Below, one piece after another: positions 32,470 to 42,141 of a stretch of 52,333 nt of DNA; the stretch's first letter is position 1, and every line of letters starts with the position of its first letter. The DNA is from Clostridiales bacterium. GTDB taxonomy: Bacteria > Bacillota > Clostridia > Oscillospirales > Oscillospiraceae. The translations under genes and the position numbers were made by a program. The stretch spans positions 1 through 52,333 of the forward strand of contig JAJBUB010000079.1 of NCBI GenBank assembly GCA_020860575.1, given 5' to 3'. The notes beneath the pieces are model-generated. The model saw nothing but the letters and a program-made list of their open reading frames with translations. It was not told where the DNA came from and ran no database searches.

Positions 32470-32605
32470 GCCGCGGGACATCGGCAGAAAAATCTCCCTT
32501 TCCCATTTGACACCGCCGCCTCACCGTGATACCATAGGGGGCAGTGGGCGGTCTGTGACATCCGCCCGGTTGAGAGAAGTCTCATGAGAAACGGAGCTGT
32601 CTGCT

Positions 32606-33622
32606 ATGTCCAATCTGAACTGTATTCCCCAGGGGTATACCCCGATTTTGAATCTGTACGACACTCAGAAGGCCATCGGCCTCATCAAGCGGCTGTTTGA
32701 GGACCATCTCTGCGGCGCGCTGAACCTGCGGCGGGTCTCCGCCCCTCTGTTCGTGGAGGCCTCCTCCGGCCTGAACGACGACCTGAACGGAGTGGAGCGC
32801 CCCGTCTCCTTCGACATCCCCTACACCGGGCGGGACGCCCAGGTGGTCCACTCCCTGGCCAAGTGGAAGCGGATGGCCCTATACCGCTTCGGCTTCCAGG
32901 TAGGTACCGGCCTGGTCACCGACATGAACGCCATCCGCCGGGACGAGGAGCTGGACAATCTTCACTCGGTCTATGTGGATCAGTGGGACTGGGAAAAGGT
33001 GATCGCCCCCCGGGACCGGACGGAGGAGTACCTCCACTCGGTAGTGCGTTCCATCGTCCGGGCCATCTGCGACACCCAGAATATCCTGCGCAACATCTAC
33101 GGTCAGATGTGCGCCGTGACCCCCCTCTGTGACAAGGTGACCTTCATCTCCAGCCAGGAGCTGGAGGACCTCTACCCCGACCTGACCCCCAAGGAGCGGG
33201 AGAACAAATTCGTTCAGCAGTACAAGACCGTATTCGTCAGCCAGATCGGCGCGCCTCTCCGCTCCGGCAAGCCCCACGACGGCCGCGCCCCGGACTACGA
33301 CGACTGGAGCCTGAACGGGGACATCCTGTTCTGGAACGAGGTGCTGGGCTGCTCCTTCGAGGTGTCCTCCATGGGCATCCGGGTGGATCCGGAGGCCCTG
33401 GACCGTCAGCTCACCGCCGCAGGCTGCGACAACCGCCGGGAGCTGATGTTCCACAAAATGCTCCTAAAGGGCGAGCTGCCCCAGACCATCGGCGGCGGCA
33501 TCGGCCAGTCCCGGCTGTGTATGCTTCTGCTGGGCAAAGCCCACATCGGCGAGGTGCAGTCCTCCGTCTGGGACCCGGAGACCATCCAGGCCTGCCGGGA
33601 TGCGGCAGTCCCTCTGCTGTAA
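32606..33622 (+). CDS. asnA: Aspartate--ammonia ligase
   Basis: VHSLAKWKR, SVYVDQWDWE, RAPDYDDW, TIGGGIGQSR. Confidence 0.96.
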   Translation: MSNLNCIPQGYTPILNLYDTQKAIGLIKRLFEDHLCGALNLRRVSAPLFVEASSGLNDDLNGVERPVSFDIPYTGRDAQVVHSLAKWKRMALYRFGFQVGTGLVTDMNAIRRDEELDNLHSVYVDQWDWEKVIAPRDRTEEYLHSVVRSIVRAICDTQNILRNIYGQMCAVTPLCDKVTFISSQELEDLYPDLTPKERENKFVQQYKTVFVSQIGAPLRSGKPHDGRAPDYDDWSLNGDILFWNEVLGCSFEVSSMGIRVDPEALDRQLTAAGCDNRRELMFHKMLLKGELPQTIGGGIGQSRLCMLLLGKAHIGEVQSSVWDPETIQACRDAAVPLL

Positions 33623-33650
33623 GGCTCCCCTATTTTTCCCGATCACCCTC

Positions 33651-33776
33651 TTGCGCTTTCTCCCGGTTTATGCTACCATATCCCCGACATCAGACTGACG
33701 CCAAAGCTGTGCTGCGGGGAAAGACGGGATGCTGCAAGGCCGCACTACGTCCATGCCCTCGGGCATGGACGTTTTT
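33651..33776 (+). promoter_or_regulatory. Promoter plus leader ending in a strong terminator (candidate attenuator)
   Basis: TTGCGC-17 bp-TACCAT (with TG extension); ACGTCCATGCC-ctcg-GGCATGGACGT-TTTT at 33747-33776, 35 nt before the ABC start. Confidence 0.55.
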
Positions 33777-33810
33777 GACGCTCAGGGAGACAAACAGGAG
33801 GACATTTACT

Positions 33811-34914
33811 ATGAAAAAGAGACTGCTTGCCCTGCTCATGGCCCTTGCCATGATGCTTGCCCTGGCCGCCTGCGGCGGCACAGAGGCGGAGACGACCACG
33901 GCAGAGGAGACTGCCGACGCCGCCACAGAGGACACGGCAGAGGAGGAAGCCGAAGCGGAGGCGGAGAACGAGACGAATGCCGATGCAGACGCTGAGGACG
34001 AAGCTGAGCCGGAGGAGACGGATGAGGATGCCAAGGCCGAAACCGTCGTCACCCGCATTGGCTCTCTGAAAGGCCCCACCTCCATCGGCCTGACCGAGAT
34101 GATGAGCTGGGACTCCGCCGACTACAGCTTTACCATGGAGACGGACGCCTCCGCCCTGCTGACCGAGATGGTCTCCGGTGAGCTGGACATCGCCCTCATC
34201 CCCGCCAATGCCGCCGCCATCTGGAACACCAAGATCGAGGGGGGCGTCACCTGCATCGACGTGAACACCCTGGGGGTCCTCTACGTCATCAGCGCAGACG
34301 ACTCCATCGCCTCCATCGAGGACCTGGCGGGCCGGACGATCTACCTCCCCGGCCAGGGGACCTCCCCCGACTATGTGCTCCAGTATCTCCTGGCTCAGCA
34401 TGACATGAGCCTGGACGACGTGAATGTGGAGTACCAGTCTGAGGCCGCCGAGGTCATCGCCGCCCTCACTGCCGACCCGGAGGGGGTGGGCCTGCTGCCC
34501 CAGCCCTCCGTCACCGCCGCCCTGAACAAGCTGGAAGGCTTCTCCATCGTCCTCGATCTCACCGAGGAGTGGGGGGCCGTGTCCGACACCGACCTGATCA
34601 CCGGCGTCACCGTGGTCCGCACCGCCTTCCTGGAGGAGCACCCGGAGGAAGTGGCCCAGTTCCTGGCCGACCACCTGACCAGCACCACCGCCGCCAATGA
34701 GGACATAGCCACCACCGCTCAGCGGATGGTGGACTTGGGCATTCTGGAGAGCGCCGCCGTGGCGGAGGCCGCCATCCCCTACTGCAACGTCACCTGCGTC
34801 ACCGGGCAGGACATGGAGGACATGGTCTCCGCCTATCTCCAGGTGCTCTACGACCTGGAGCCCTCCTCCGTGGGCGGGACGCTGCCGGGGGACGAGTTCT
34901 ACTACCTTGGGTAA
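33811..34914 (+). CDS. NitT/TauT-family ABC substrate-binding lipoprotein
   Basis: Lipobox LAAC, acidic linker, KGPTSIG, NTLGVLY, LPQP, GGTLPGDEFYY; ATG at 33811 behind GGAGG. Confidence 0.88.
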   Translation: MKKRLLALLMALAMMLALAACGGTEAETTTAEETADAATEDTAEEEAEAEAENETNADADAEDEAEPEETDEDAKAETVVTRIGSLKGPTSIGLTEMMSWDSADYSFTMETDASALLTEMVSGELDIALIPANAAAIWNTKIEGGVTCIDVNTLGVLYVISADDSIASIEDLAGRTIYLPGQGTSPDYVLQYLLAQHDMSLDDVNVEYQSEAAEVIAALTADPEGVGLLPQPSVTAALNKLEGFSIVLDLTEEWGAVSDTDLITGVTVVRTAFLEEHPEEVAQFLADHLTSTTAANEDIATTAQRMVDLGILESAAVAEAAIPYCNVTCVTGQDMEDMVSAYLQVLYDLEPSSVGGTLPGDEFYYLG

Positions 34915-35671
34915 GGCAAGGCTGAAAAAGCTGCTCATCGCCCTGGGCTGGCTGGCCCTCTGGCAGCTGGCCAGCCTCTGGGTGAACCAGAGCGTCATCC
35001 TGGCCGGCCCCGCGGAGGCGTTCCAGGCGCTGCTAGCCCTGGTCGTCACCGCCGAATTCTGGCAGACGGTGCTGTTCACCTTCCTGCGCATTTTGGGAGG
35101 CTTTGTTCTGGCCTTCGCCGCCGGACTGGTCGCCGGGGGGCTGGCCCACCGGTTTCCCCTGTTGGGGGACATCCTGGCCCCGGCGGTGACAGCTATGAAG
35201 TCGGTGCCTGTGGCCTGCTTCGTCATTCTGGCCCTGGTGTGGGTGGGTTCCCAGAACCTGACCTTTCTCATCGTCTTTCTGGTGGCCTTTCCCATCCTCT
35301 ACCTCCAGACCAGGGAGGGGCTGGAGCGGGCGGACCGGCAGCTGCTGGAGATGGCCCAGGTGTTCCACCTCTCCCCCTGGCGGCGATTCCGGTACGTCTA
35401 TCTCCCCGCCCTGCTGCCCTCCCTGGTCAGCGGGTGTCAGTTGGCGCTGGGGATGAGCTGGAAATCCGGAGTGGCGGCGGAGGTCATCGGCACCCCCCTT
35501 CACTCCATCGGACAGCAGCTCTATTTTGCCAAGATCTATCTGGAGATCGACGACCTGTTTGCCTGGACGTTTGTGATTCTGGCCCTGAGCGCCCTGTTCG
35601 AACGGGCGTTTCTCTGGCTGCTGGGACGCATCGCCCGAAGATTGGAGGGGACCGATGATCTACGGATGTGA
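34907..35671 (+). CDS. NitT/TauT ABC permease
   Basis: TM segments, EAA-like LLEMAQVF, SWKSGVAAEVIG. Confidence 0.88.
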   Translation: MGKARLKKLLIALGWLALWQLASLWVNQSVILAGPAEAFQALLALVVTAEFWQTVLFTFLRILGGFVLAFAAGLVAGGLAHRFPLLGDILAPAVTAMKSVPVACFVILALVWVGSQNLTFLIVFLVAFPILYLQTREGLERADRQLLEMAQVFHLSPWRRFRYVYLPALLPSLVSGCQLALGMSWKSGVAAEVIGTPLHSIGQQLYFAKIYLEIDDLFAWTFVILALSALFERAFLWLLGRIARRLEGTDDLRM

Positions 35672-36224
35672 GGGGCTGTGCAAGCGCTACGGCCCGTTGA
35701 CCGTGCTGGACGGGGTCAGCCTGTCCTTTCCCGCCGGGGCCTGTGTGGCGATCATGGCCCCCTCCGGAGGGGGAAAGACCACCCTGTTCCGTCTGCTGGC
35801 GGGGCTGGAGATGCCGGACGAGGGGCGGCTTCTGGGCTTTGGCCAGTCAAAAATTTCCATGGTCTTTCAGGAGGACCGGCTGTGCGGACATCTCTCCCCG
35901 GTGACCAACGCAGCTCTGGTGCAGCCAAAGCCGGACCGGGCCGCCATTCGCCGGGAGCTGGAGACCATCCTTCCCGCCGACTGCCTGGACCGGCCTGCCA
36001 GCACCCTCTCCGGCGGGATGAAGCGGCGGGCGGCCATCGCCCGGGCGGTGCTGGCCCCGTCGGATGTACTGCTCCTGGACGAGCCGTTCACCGGCCTGGA
36101 CGAGGAGACCAGGGGACGGGTCATCCGCTATGTGCAGGAGCGGCAAAGGGGCCGCCTGCTGCTCATGACCACCCACCTCCGGGAGGAGGCGGTGGCGCTG
36201 GGGGCGGAGATCATCGGCCTTTGA
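35655..36224 (+). CDS. NitT/TauT ABC ATP-binding protein
   Basis: APSGGGKT, FQEDRL, LSGGMKRR, LDEPF. Confidence 0.9.
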   Translation: MIYGCEGLCKRYGPLTVLDGVSLSFPAGACVAIMAPSGGGKTTLFRLLAGLEMPDEGRLLGFGQSKISMVFQEDRLCGHLSPVTNAALVQPKPDRAAIRRELETILPADCLDRPASTLSGGMKRRAAIARAVLAPSDVLLLDEPFTGLDEETRGRVIRYVQERQRGRLLLMTTHLREEAVALGAEIIGL

Positions 36225-36241
36225 TCGCCGCTCCATAAAGC

Positions 36242-36285
36242 AAGCTGCACCCCGTCGGGCAAAGCCCGGCAGGGTGCAGCTTTTT
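36242..36285. terminator. Terminator between convergent genes
   Basis: AAGCTGCACCC/GGGTGCAGCTT stem plus T-run. Confidence 0.78.
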
Positions 36286-36306
36286 CTCCTCACGAACCAC
36301 TAGCCA

Positions 36307-37908
36307 CTAGTCGTTCGTGCTGTCCTCCGTCTCCGGAAGGGAGGAGGGGCCTACGGAGTATTCGCTTTCGCTCTGGTCGATGACCCACTCGTGGTTGAAG
36401 AAGGTGAATACGGTGGTTTCAGTCACCCGGGAGGCCACTACCACCTCGTCTCCTTCTTCCACGCCCCGGAGGATCTGGACCTGATCCTGGCTGGTCAGGC
36501 CCACCTCCACCGTGACCACACTGGTCAATCCGTCGCCATAGGCGATCTCCACGGAACGGGTGCCGTCAGATTGGATGGTCAGCGCCTGGACAGGGACGAG
36601 TATGGCGTTCTCCGCCTCATCCAGAACGATGACGGCGTCGCAGGTGTCTCCCACCTGGAGGCCCTGGGCGTTTTCCAGGGAGACGGTAACGGTGCATACG
36701 GTCTCCCCGTCCGAATTCTCCTCCCCGTCCGTGATCTCGGCCACCAGACCGGTATAAATGGTATCCACCTCATCGGCCTCGTTGACAAAGGTCAGCTCCG
36801 CCGTCTGGCCGATTTGGATCTGCTCGGCCTCCTGCTGGGAGACCTCCAACCCGATTTGGAAGGAGCTGGTAGAGGTGATGGCGCAGACCTGGCTCTCCGC
36901 CTCCACTGTCCCCCCTGCTGTCAGGGTCAGGTCGGTGACGACGCCGCTGAACTCCGATGTCAGCTCCGGACGCTCCCGGAACTGCCGGAGCTGATACACC
37001 TCCGCTGCCAGCGTCTCCCGCTGCTCCGTCAGCGTCAGCCAGCTTTCGTCATAGGTCTCGTCCACGCAGCGGATGAGAGGGTCGCCCTCGGCGACCTCGT
37101 CTCCCACCTCCACCTGGATAGCGGAGACCATCCCGCTCTCCCAGGCGACGAGTGCCGGACTGTTAGAGGCGACGGTCCCGCTGCCCAGCTCGGTCTCGTC
37201 CGCCCCGGTGACGGAGGCGGTCCCCCCGATGGGGCGGTCGGAGCTGTCCGGGAAGGTGACAACGGCGACGCCGGTCTCCGTATCCACCGTGTCCACCGTA
37301 CCCTCGATCTTCTCGTCCTCCAGGGTGACGGTGACAGCGTCTCCCGCCTGGAGGTCGGCGTCCTCCGTCAAAGTCAGCTCCACCCGGAGCAGGCCGTCGG
37401 TGGACAGTTCCAGCAGGCCGCCGTATGAAGCGGTGACCTCCCCGGCCAGTTCTCCCCGCTCGGCATAAATCGCCTTGACCAGGCCGGCAGTCTCAGCGGT
37501 GAGTTGGTCGCTGCCTCCCTGCTCCGTCTCAGACAGCTGGGCGTCCAGCGCCTCGATCTGCTCCAGCAGGGCCACGATCTGTTCGGTCAGATCGTCGGTG
37601 TCATAGGTGGCCAGCACGTCTCCCGCCTCCACCACGTCTCCCTCGCTGACCTCCACCGAGGAGATGACGCCGCTGTATTGGGCGGTCACCGGCTCGCTGT
37701 CGGCGGACTGGACGCTGCCGGAGGCGGACACCGTCTCCCGTATGGTCCCGATGACTGCGGTCTCCGTCTCCACCTCCACAGAGGTATCCGCTCGGGCTCC
37801 GCCGTCCTGGATAAAGGGGATCAGGAAAATCAGGGCGACCAGAATAATCGTCCCCAGCACCAGCCACCGCTTTTGCAGCGCCGGGCGCTTTTTGCCTGAC
37901 TCCGTCAT
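36307..37908 (-). CDS. HlyD/RND-type membrane fusion (adaptor) protein
   Basis: N-terminal TM segment, repeated lipoyl-like VxEGDxVxxGD motifs, coiled coils, C-terminal VEVG...ILRGVEEGDEV; ATG at 37908 behind GGAGG. Confidence 0.8.
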   Translation of the reverse strand: MTESGKKRPALQKRWLVLGTIILVALIFLIPFIQDGGARADTSVEVETETAVIGTIRETVSASGSVQSADSEPVTAQYSGVISSVEVSEGDVVEAGDVLATYDTDDLTEQIVALLEQIEALDAQLSETEQGGSDQLTAETAGLVKAIYAERGELAGEVTASYGGLLELSTDGLLRVELTLTEDADLQAGDAVTVTLEDEKIEGTVDTVDTETGVAVVTFPDSSDRPIGGTASVTGADETELGSGTVASNSPALVAWESGMVSAIQVEVGDEVAEGDPLIRCVDETYDESWLTLTEQRETLAAEVYQLRQFRERPELTSEFSGVVTDLTLTAGGTVEAESQVCAITSTSSFQIGLEVSQQEAEQIQIGQTAELTFVNEADEVDTIYTGLVAEITDGEENSDGETVCTVTVSLENAQGLQVGDTCDAVIVLDEAENAILVPVQALTIQSDGTRSVEIAYGDGLTSVVTVEVGLTSQDQVQILRGVEEGDEVVVASRVTETTVFTFFNHEWVIDQSESEYSVGPSSLPETEDSTND

Positions 37909-38055
37909 GTTGATTCCTCCTGCATCCGCCGGAGCCGTATGCTCCGGCGGCATTCTGTCTCTGTGTCTGTTGGCAGTATCATACTGCGTTTATCCGTAAA
38001 AAGCATGAACAAAGGTTAAAAATTCAGAAAATCGTCTGGTTTTCCGCAGCTCCTG

Positions 38056-39828
38056 TCACATCCGGTCAGGGGCAGAGAATCCCAGCAGATCGGTGGCAGT
38101 CTCCAGCACATGGAGCACCAGACGGATGAGGGCGATATAGCCCGCCTGACGAGTGGCGTCCGGCTCCTTCATAATGTTGTGCTCCACATAGAACTGATTC
38201 AGTGTGCCGGTCAGGTCGTAAATATAGCGGCACAAACGGCTGGGGGCTTTCTGGTCATAGGCCTCGTACACCGCCTCGTTGAACCGGCACAGGGCCAGGG
38301 CCAGGCCGGTCTCGCTCCGGCTCTCCGGGGGCAGGATGCGCCCGGTCTCCGCCTCCGGGAAGGCGGCGGCGTATTTGGCCAGGATGGACTTGATGCGCAC
38401 CATGGTATACATGATGTATGGGCCGGTGTTCCCCTCAAAGGCGGTGAATTTCTCGATATCGAAGATATAGTCCTTGGCGGGCTGATTGGATAGGTCGCCG
38501 TACTTGATGGCCGCCAGGCCCACCTTGTCGGCGATCTCCCGCAGCTCCTCCTCGGACAGGCTGGGGTTGGCTGCCTTGGACTTTTCGTAGACCGCCCGAC
38601 TCACGTCCTCCAGCAGATATTCCAGACGAAGCACGCCCCCCTCCCGGGTCTTGAAGGGCTTGCCGTCCTTGCCGTTCATGGTGCCAAAGCCCACATACTC
38701 CAGGCTGCACCCGTCCCGATCCACCATCCCCGTCTTATAGGCGCAGCGGAACACCCGGACGTAGTGCAGCTCCTGGCGCTTGTCTGCCAGGTAAATCATC
38801 CGGTCGGGATGGAAGTCCTTCTCCCGCTGGACGATGGTAGCGAGGTCGGTGGTCTCGTACTGGGCGGCCCCGTCAGACTTCAGGATGAGACAGGGCGGGA
38901 CCTCCCGGGTGTCGCTCTCCTCCTGCACGTCCACCACCAACGCTCCGTCGCTGAGGTAGGCGTAGCCCCCCTCCTTCATGGCGTCCACCATGGGGGTGAT
39001 ATAGGGCTGTGCATCGCTCTCCCCGTACCACAGGTCGAAGTCCACGTCCAGCCGGTCATAGTTCCGCTTCAGGTCGGAGACGGAGACGTTGACGATGTGC
39101 CGCCACAGGGCGCGATAGCCGGGGCGGCCGCTCTGCAGCTCCCAGGTGGCGTTCTGGGCCGCCCTCCGGTAGTCCTCGTCCACCTTGCACCGGGCGCTGG
39201 CGGCGGGGTAGATCTCCTCCAGGTCGGAAATGGTGAAGGGGGCCTCCTCCGGATACGGCCCCGCAAAGCTCTCGTCGAAATAGGGCAGCTCCGGCTGGCG
39301 GCAACGCAGCTCGGTGATGATCTGGCCCATTTGGAGGCCCCAGTCCCCCAGATGCACGTCCCCGATGACCCTGTGGCCAAGAAAGCGGCAGGTGCGCTTG
39401 ATACTCTCCCCGATGATGGCGGAGCGAAGATGTCCCACATGGAGGGGCTTTGCTACATTGGGACCGCCATAGTCCACCACGATGGTCAGGGGTTGCTCCG
39501 CCTGCTCCACGCCCCGGAGAGGGTCGGCCTCCAGCTCGGCCAGACGGTCTGCCAGAAAGTCCGGGCTGAGATCCAGATTGAGAAAGCCGGGGCGGACTGC
39601 CTCCAGCTTGGAGAACATGGGGTGATCCCCCACTGCCGCCGCCACCTCCTGGGCGATGACCAGGGGCGCCTTGTGATACCGCTTGGCCCCGGCCATGGCC
39701 CCGTTGCACTGGTACTGGCACAGGTCGGGGCGGTTGGAGGCGGTGGCCCGGCCCAGGGCGGGATCGTACCCGGCAGCGGCAAAGCCCTCCGCCAAAACGG
39801 CAGAGATTTGATCGATCAAGGTTTTCAT
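38056..39828 (-). CDS. argS: Arginine--tRNA ligase
   Basis: PNVAKPLHVGHLRS (HIGH motif), GDWGLQMG, KPFKTREG, GNTGPY. Confidence 0.96.
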   Translation of the reverse strand: MKTLIDQISAVLAEGFAAAGYDPALGRATASNRPDLCQYQCNGAMAGAKRYHKAPLVIAQEVAAAVGDHPMFSKLEAVRPGFLNLDLSPDFLADRLAELEADPLRGVEQAEQPLTIVVDYGGPNVAKPLHVGHLRSAIIGESIKRTCRFLGHRVIGDVHLGDWGLQMGQIITELRCRQPELPYFDESFAGPYPEEAPFTISDLEEIYPAASARCKVDEDYRRAAQNATWELQSGRPGYRALWRHIVNVSVSDLKRNYDRLDVDFDLWYGESDAQPYITPMVDAMKEGGYAYLSDGALVVDVQEESDTREVPPCLILKSDGAAQYETTDLATIVQREKDFHPDRMIYLADKRQELHYVRVFRCAYKTGMVDRDGCSLEYVGFGTMNGKDGKPFKTREGGVLRLEYLLEDVSRAVYEKSKAANPSLSEEELREIADKVGLAAIKYGDLSNQPAKDYIFDIEKFTAFEGNTGPYIMYTMVRIKSILAKYAAAFPEAETGRILPPESRSETGLALALCRFNEAVYEAYDQKAPSRLCRYIYDLTGTLNQFYVEHNIMKEPDATRQAGYIALIRLVLHVLETATDLLGFSAPDRM

Positions 39829-40194
39829 GAACAGCTTCCCTCTCGGCGCTTCCGGCGGGCGATGCCCGCCAAACGCAAATTTCACTGTTCGTCATTTTAG
39901 CACAACTCCCATTGTCCGGTCAACCGGTCTTGCCGCCGGTTTTAGGGCGAAATGGGGAAATTCAGCGAATTTTTTCACCGGGAGAGGGTCTTTCCGGGAG
40001 GGACACTCCCGCAAAACAGGCGCTGTGCCGCTCCAAATGCCCGATTGCCATTTGTGCCGGAATATGGTATACTTCACACGTTAAAGCAGCAAAGCTAAAC
40101 ACTTCTTTCTTTAGGGACTTCCCGCTTGACAATCTCCCCGGGAGACAGTAGCATAGGGGTAGAAAACGACCTTTTCAAAAGGGAGGTGTCCCCT

Positions 40195-42081
40195 GTGAAA
40201 AAGACCATTCTCGCGCTCCTGCTGGCGCTGGCCATCGCCCTCTCCGGCTGCGCGCCCCGACAGGAGCAGTCCGGAGAGACGGACATCGTCCCGGATACAG
40301 AGAATCCTGTGGAAGCTGAACAGGAGGAGCAGCCCTTTGACCTGTCCAATGCGGCTATCCCGGGGGCAGAGGGGTTCTATGAGCTGAGCCTGCTGCCGGA
40401 GCTGTCCGGGCTGAACATTGGCGACATGGCCCTGCTGGACGAGAGCACCGTCCTCTTTCTCACCGGAGAACAGCAGGACACCCTGCTCACTCTGGACCTG
40501 GAGACAGGCGTGCTTGGAACATTATGTCAACTCGATTGGTCGGAGACGATCTCCAACGATACCTCCGATCCGGAGGAGTGGAGCTGGTGCAGCCGGTATT
40601 TCATCTCCATCGACCCCATCGTTATCATCAGCTCCGGACAAGAGGAGCAGTGCCTCCTGGTGCGGGAGAACGGAACGACAAAGGAGCTTCCTGTCTCCTA
40701 TGACGACAGCTCCCCCAGCTATTACAGCTGCGTCTACACTCAGGACGCTGTTTACTGGTACACCTCCGGCAAATACGGACTCCGGCGGATGGACCTGGAC
40801 ACCCTGGAGGTCTCCCAGGTGGGTACCGTCCCGGTGAACTACCTCTATCTCTGGCTGGAGGGGCTGACCTCCCAGGGACAGGCGGTACTCTCCGCCGACA
40901 CCGCCGACGGACAGGAAGTGACCCTGGTCATGGATGTGGAGACCGGGGCGCTAACCGCCGTCTACGACGGCTCCTGTGGGGAGAGCCTCGTCCAGCGATG
41001 GGAGGTGTCGGTGGATGAGGTGGAGAACTCCATGAGCGACTTCACCCTCACCGTCTGCGCCGGGACCCGGCACGCCGAGGGGACGTTTTCCGTCTCGCTG
41101 CTCACCCAGTATCCGGAGTCGGTGGCTGCGACGGACTATGTGGGCTGGCTCTGTCCCGCCCGTCAGGGGCAAATCTCCGGCAGATGTCTGCTCTATCTGG
41201 AGTGGACAGACGGGACCCTGTCCCCTATTCTCTGGGACTACGGGGCGGACAGCCTGACCGGCAGGAAAATGGAGTCGGTAACGCTGCTCCAGCCAGAGGT
41301 GTACGATGACTCCACTGAACGGGCTGTCCAGCTGTCGGAACAGTACGGGGTGTACATTTACACGGGAGAGACGGTTCTGGAGGCTCCTTTCCCGGACTAT
41401 ACCCTGTCCGTCTGCGACGACGCTGACAGCATTGACGCCGCTCTGGACGCGCTGGAGGAGGCCTTTTCCCGCTACCCGGAGGGCTACCTGGCCCAGCTGG
41501 GGGGCAGCGACACCCGGGGCATCTGCATCTACCTCTCCGGGGCCATGACCCCCAACGACCCCAGTCAGAACATCTCCAACCCCGGCGGGCTGTCCTGTCA
41601 GGTGGGAGACCTGGAGCTGATTGCCGTGGACGCCAGCGGCTATGTCCGCAGCCAGGACGTGATCCACGAGCTGACGCACATTTTGGATCACCAGCTCTGG
41701 CTGGCGTTGGACGAGGATGTCTGGAACAGCATGAACCCGGAGGGGTTCGACTACCACTATGCCTATATCGACGAGAACGGCGTGAGCTACGAGTGGGGGG
41801 ACACCACCTATACCGCTGACGGCTCCGCCTACTATAACGGGGACGTGGAGAGCGTCTATTTTGTGGACGCCTACTCCACCACCTATCCCACGGAGGACCG
41901 GGCCAGACTGATGGAATATCTGCTGGCCGACCCGGGCAGCGGGCCGAACCGCTGGTTTGCCAGCTCTCACATCCAGGAAAAGCTGACCTGGTACTTCGCC
42001 CTCATCCGGGGGGAATTCGACACCACCGGCTGGCCGGAGCAGACCGTCTGGGAGGCGGAGCTGGCAGAGGCGGCGGGGTAA
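40195..42081 (+). CDS. Acidic lipoprotein with C-terminal HExxH zinc-metallopeptidase-like domain
   Basis: GTG start behind GGAGG, lipobox LSGC, IHELTH followed by YSTTYPTEDRA. Confidence 0.72.
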   Translation: MKKTILALLLALAIALSGCAPRQEQSGETDIVPDTENPVEAEQEEQPFDLSNAAIPGAEGFYELSLLPELSGLNIGDMALLDESTVLFLTGEQQDTLLTLDLETGVLGTLCQLDWSETISNDTSDPEEWSWCSRYFISIDPIVIISSGQEEQCLLVRENGTTKELPVSYDDSSPSYYSCVYTQDAVYWYTSGKYGLRRMDLDTLEVSQVGTVPVNYLYLWLEGLTSQGQAVLSADTADGQEVTLVMDVETGALTAVYDGSCGESLVQRWEVSVDEVENSMSDFTLTVCAGTRHAEGTFSVSLLTQYPESVAATDYVGWLCPARQGQISGRCLLYLEWTDGTLSPILWDYGADSLTGRKMESVTLLQPEVYDDSTERAVQLSEQYGVYIYTGETVLEAPFPDYTLSVCDDADSIDAALDALEEAFSRYPEGYLAQLGGSDTRGICIYLSGAMTPNDPSQNISNPGGLSCQVGDLELIAVDASGYVRSQDVIHELTHILDHQLWLALDEDVWNSMNPEGFDYHYAYIDENGVSYEWGDTTYTADGSAYYNGDVESVYFVDAYSTTYPTEDRARLMEYLLADPGSGPNRWFASSHIQEKLTWYFALIRGEFDTTGWPEQTVWEAELAEAAG

Positions 42082-42141
42082 AACGCACATAAAATCAAAA
42101 TCATCGGGGCAATTCGTCCCGGGAAAAAGAGGCGACCAGAT

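Noticed and set aside
33517-33810. N-terminal extension of the ABC binding-protein ORF
   Set aside because: It overlaps asnA and the leader terminator; the signal peptide and RBS begin at 33811.
39830-40190. Possible T-box leader for argS
   Set aside because: No T-box consensus or leader terminator seen; the region looks like divergent promoters.
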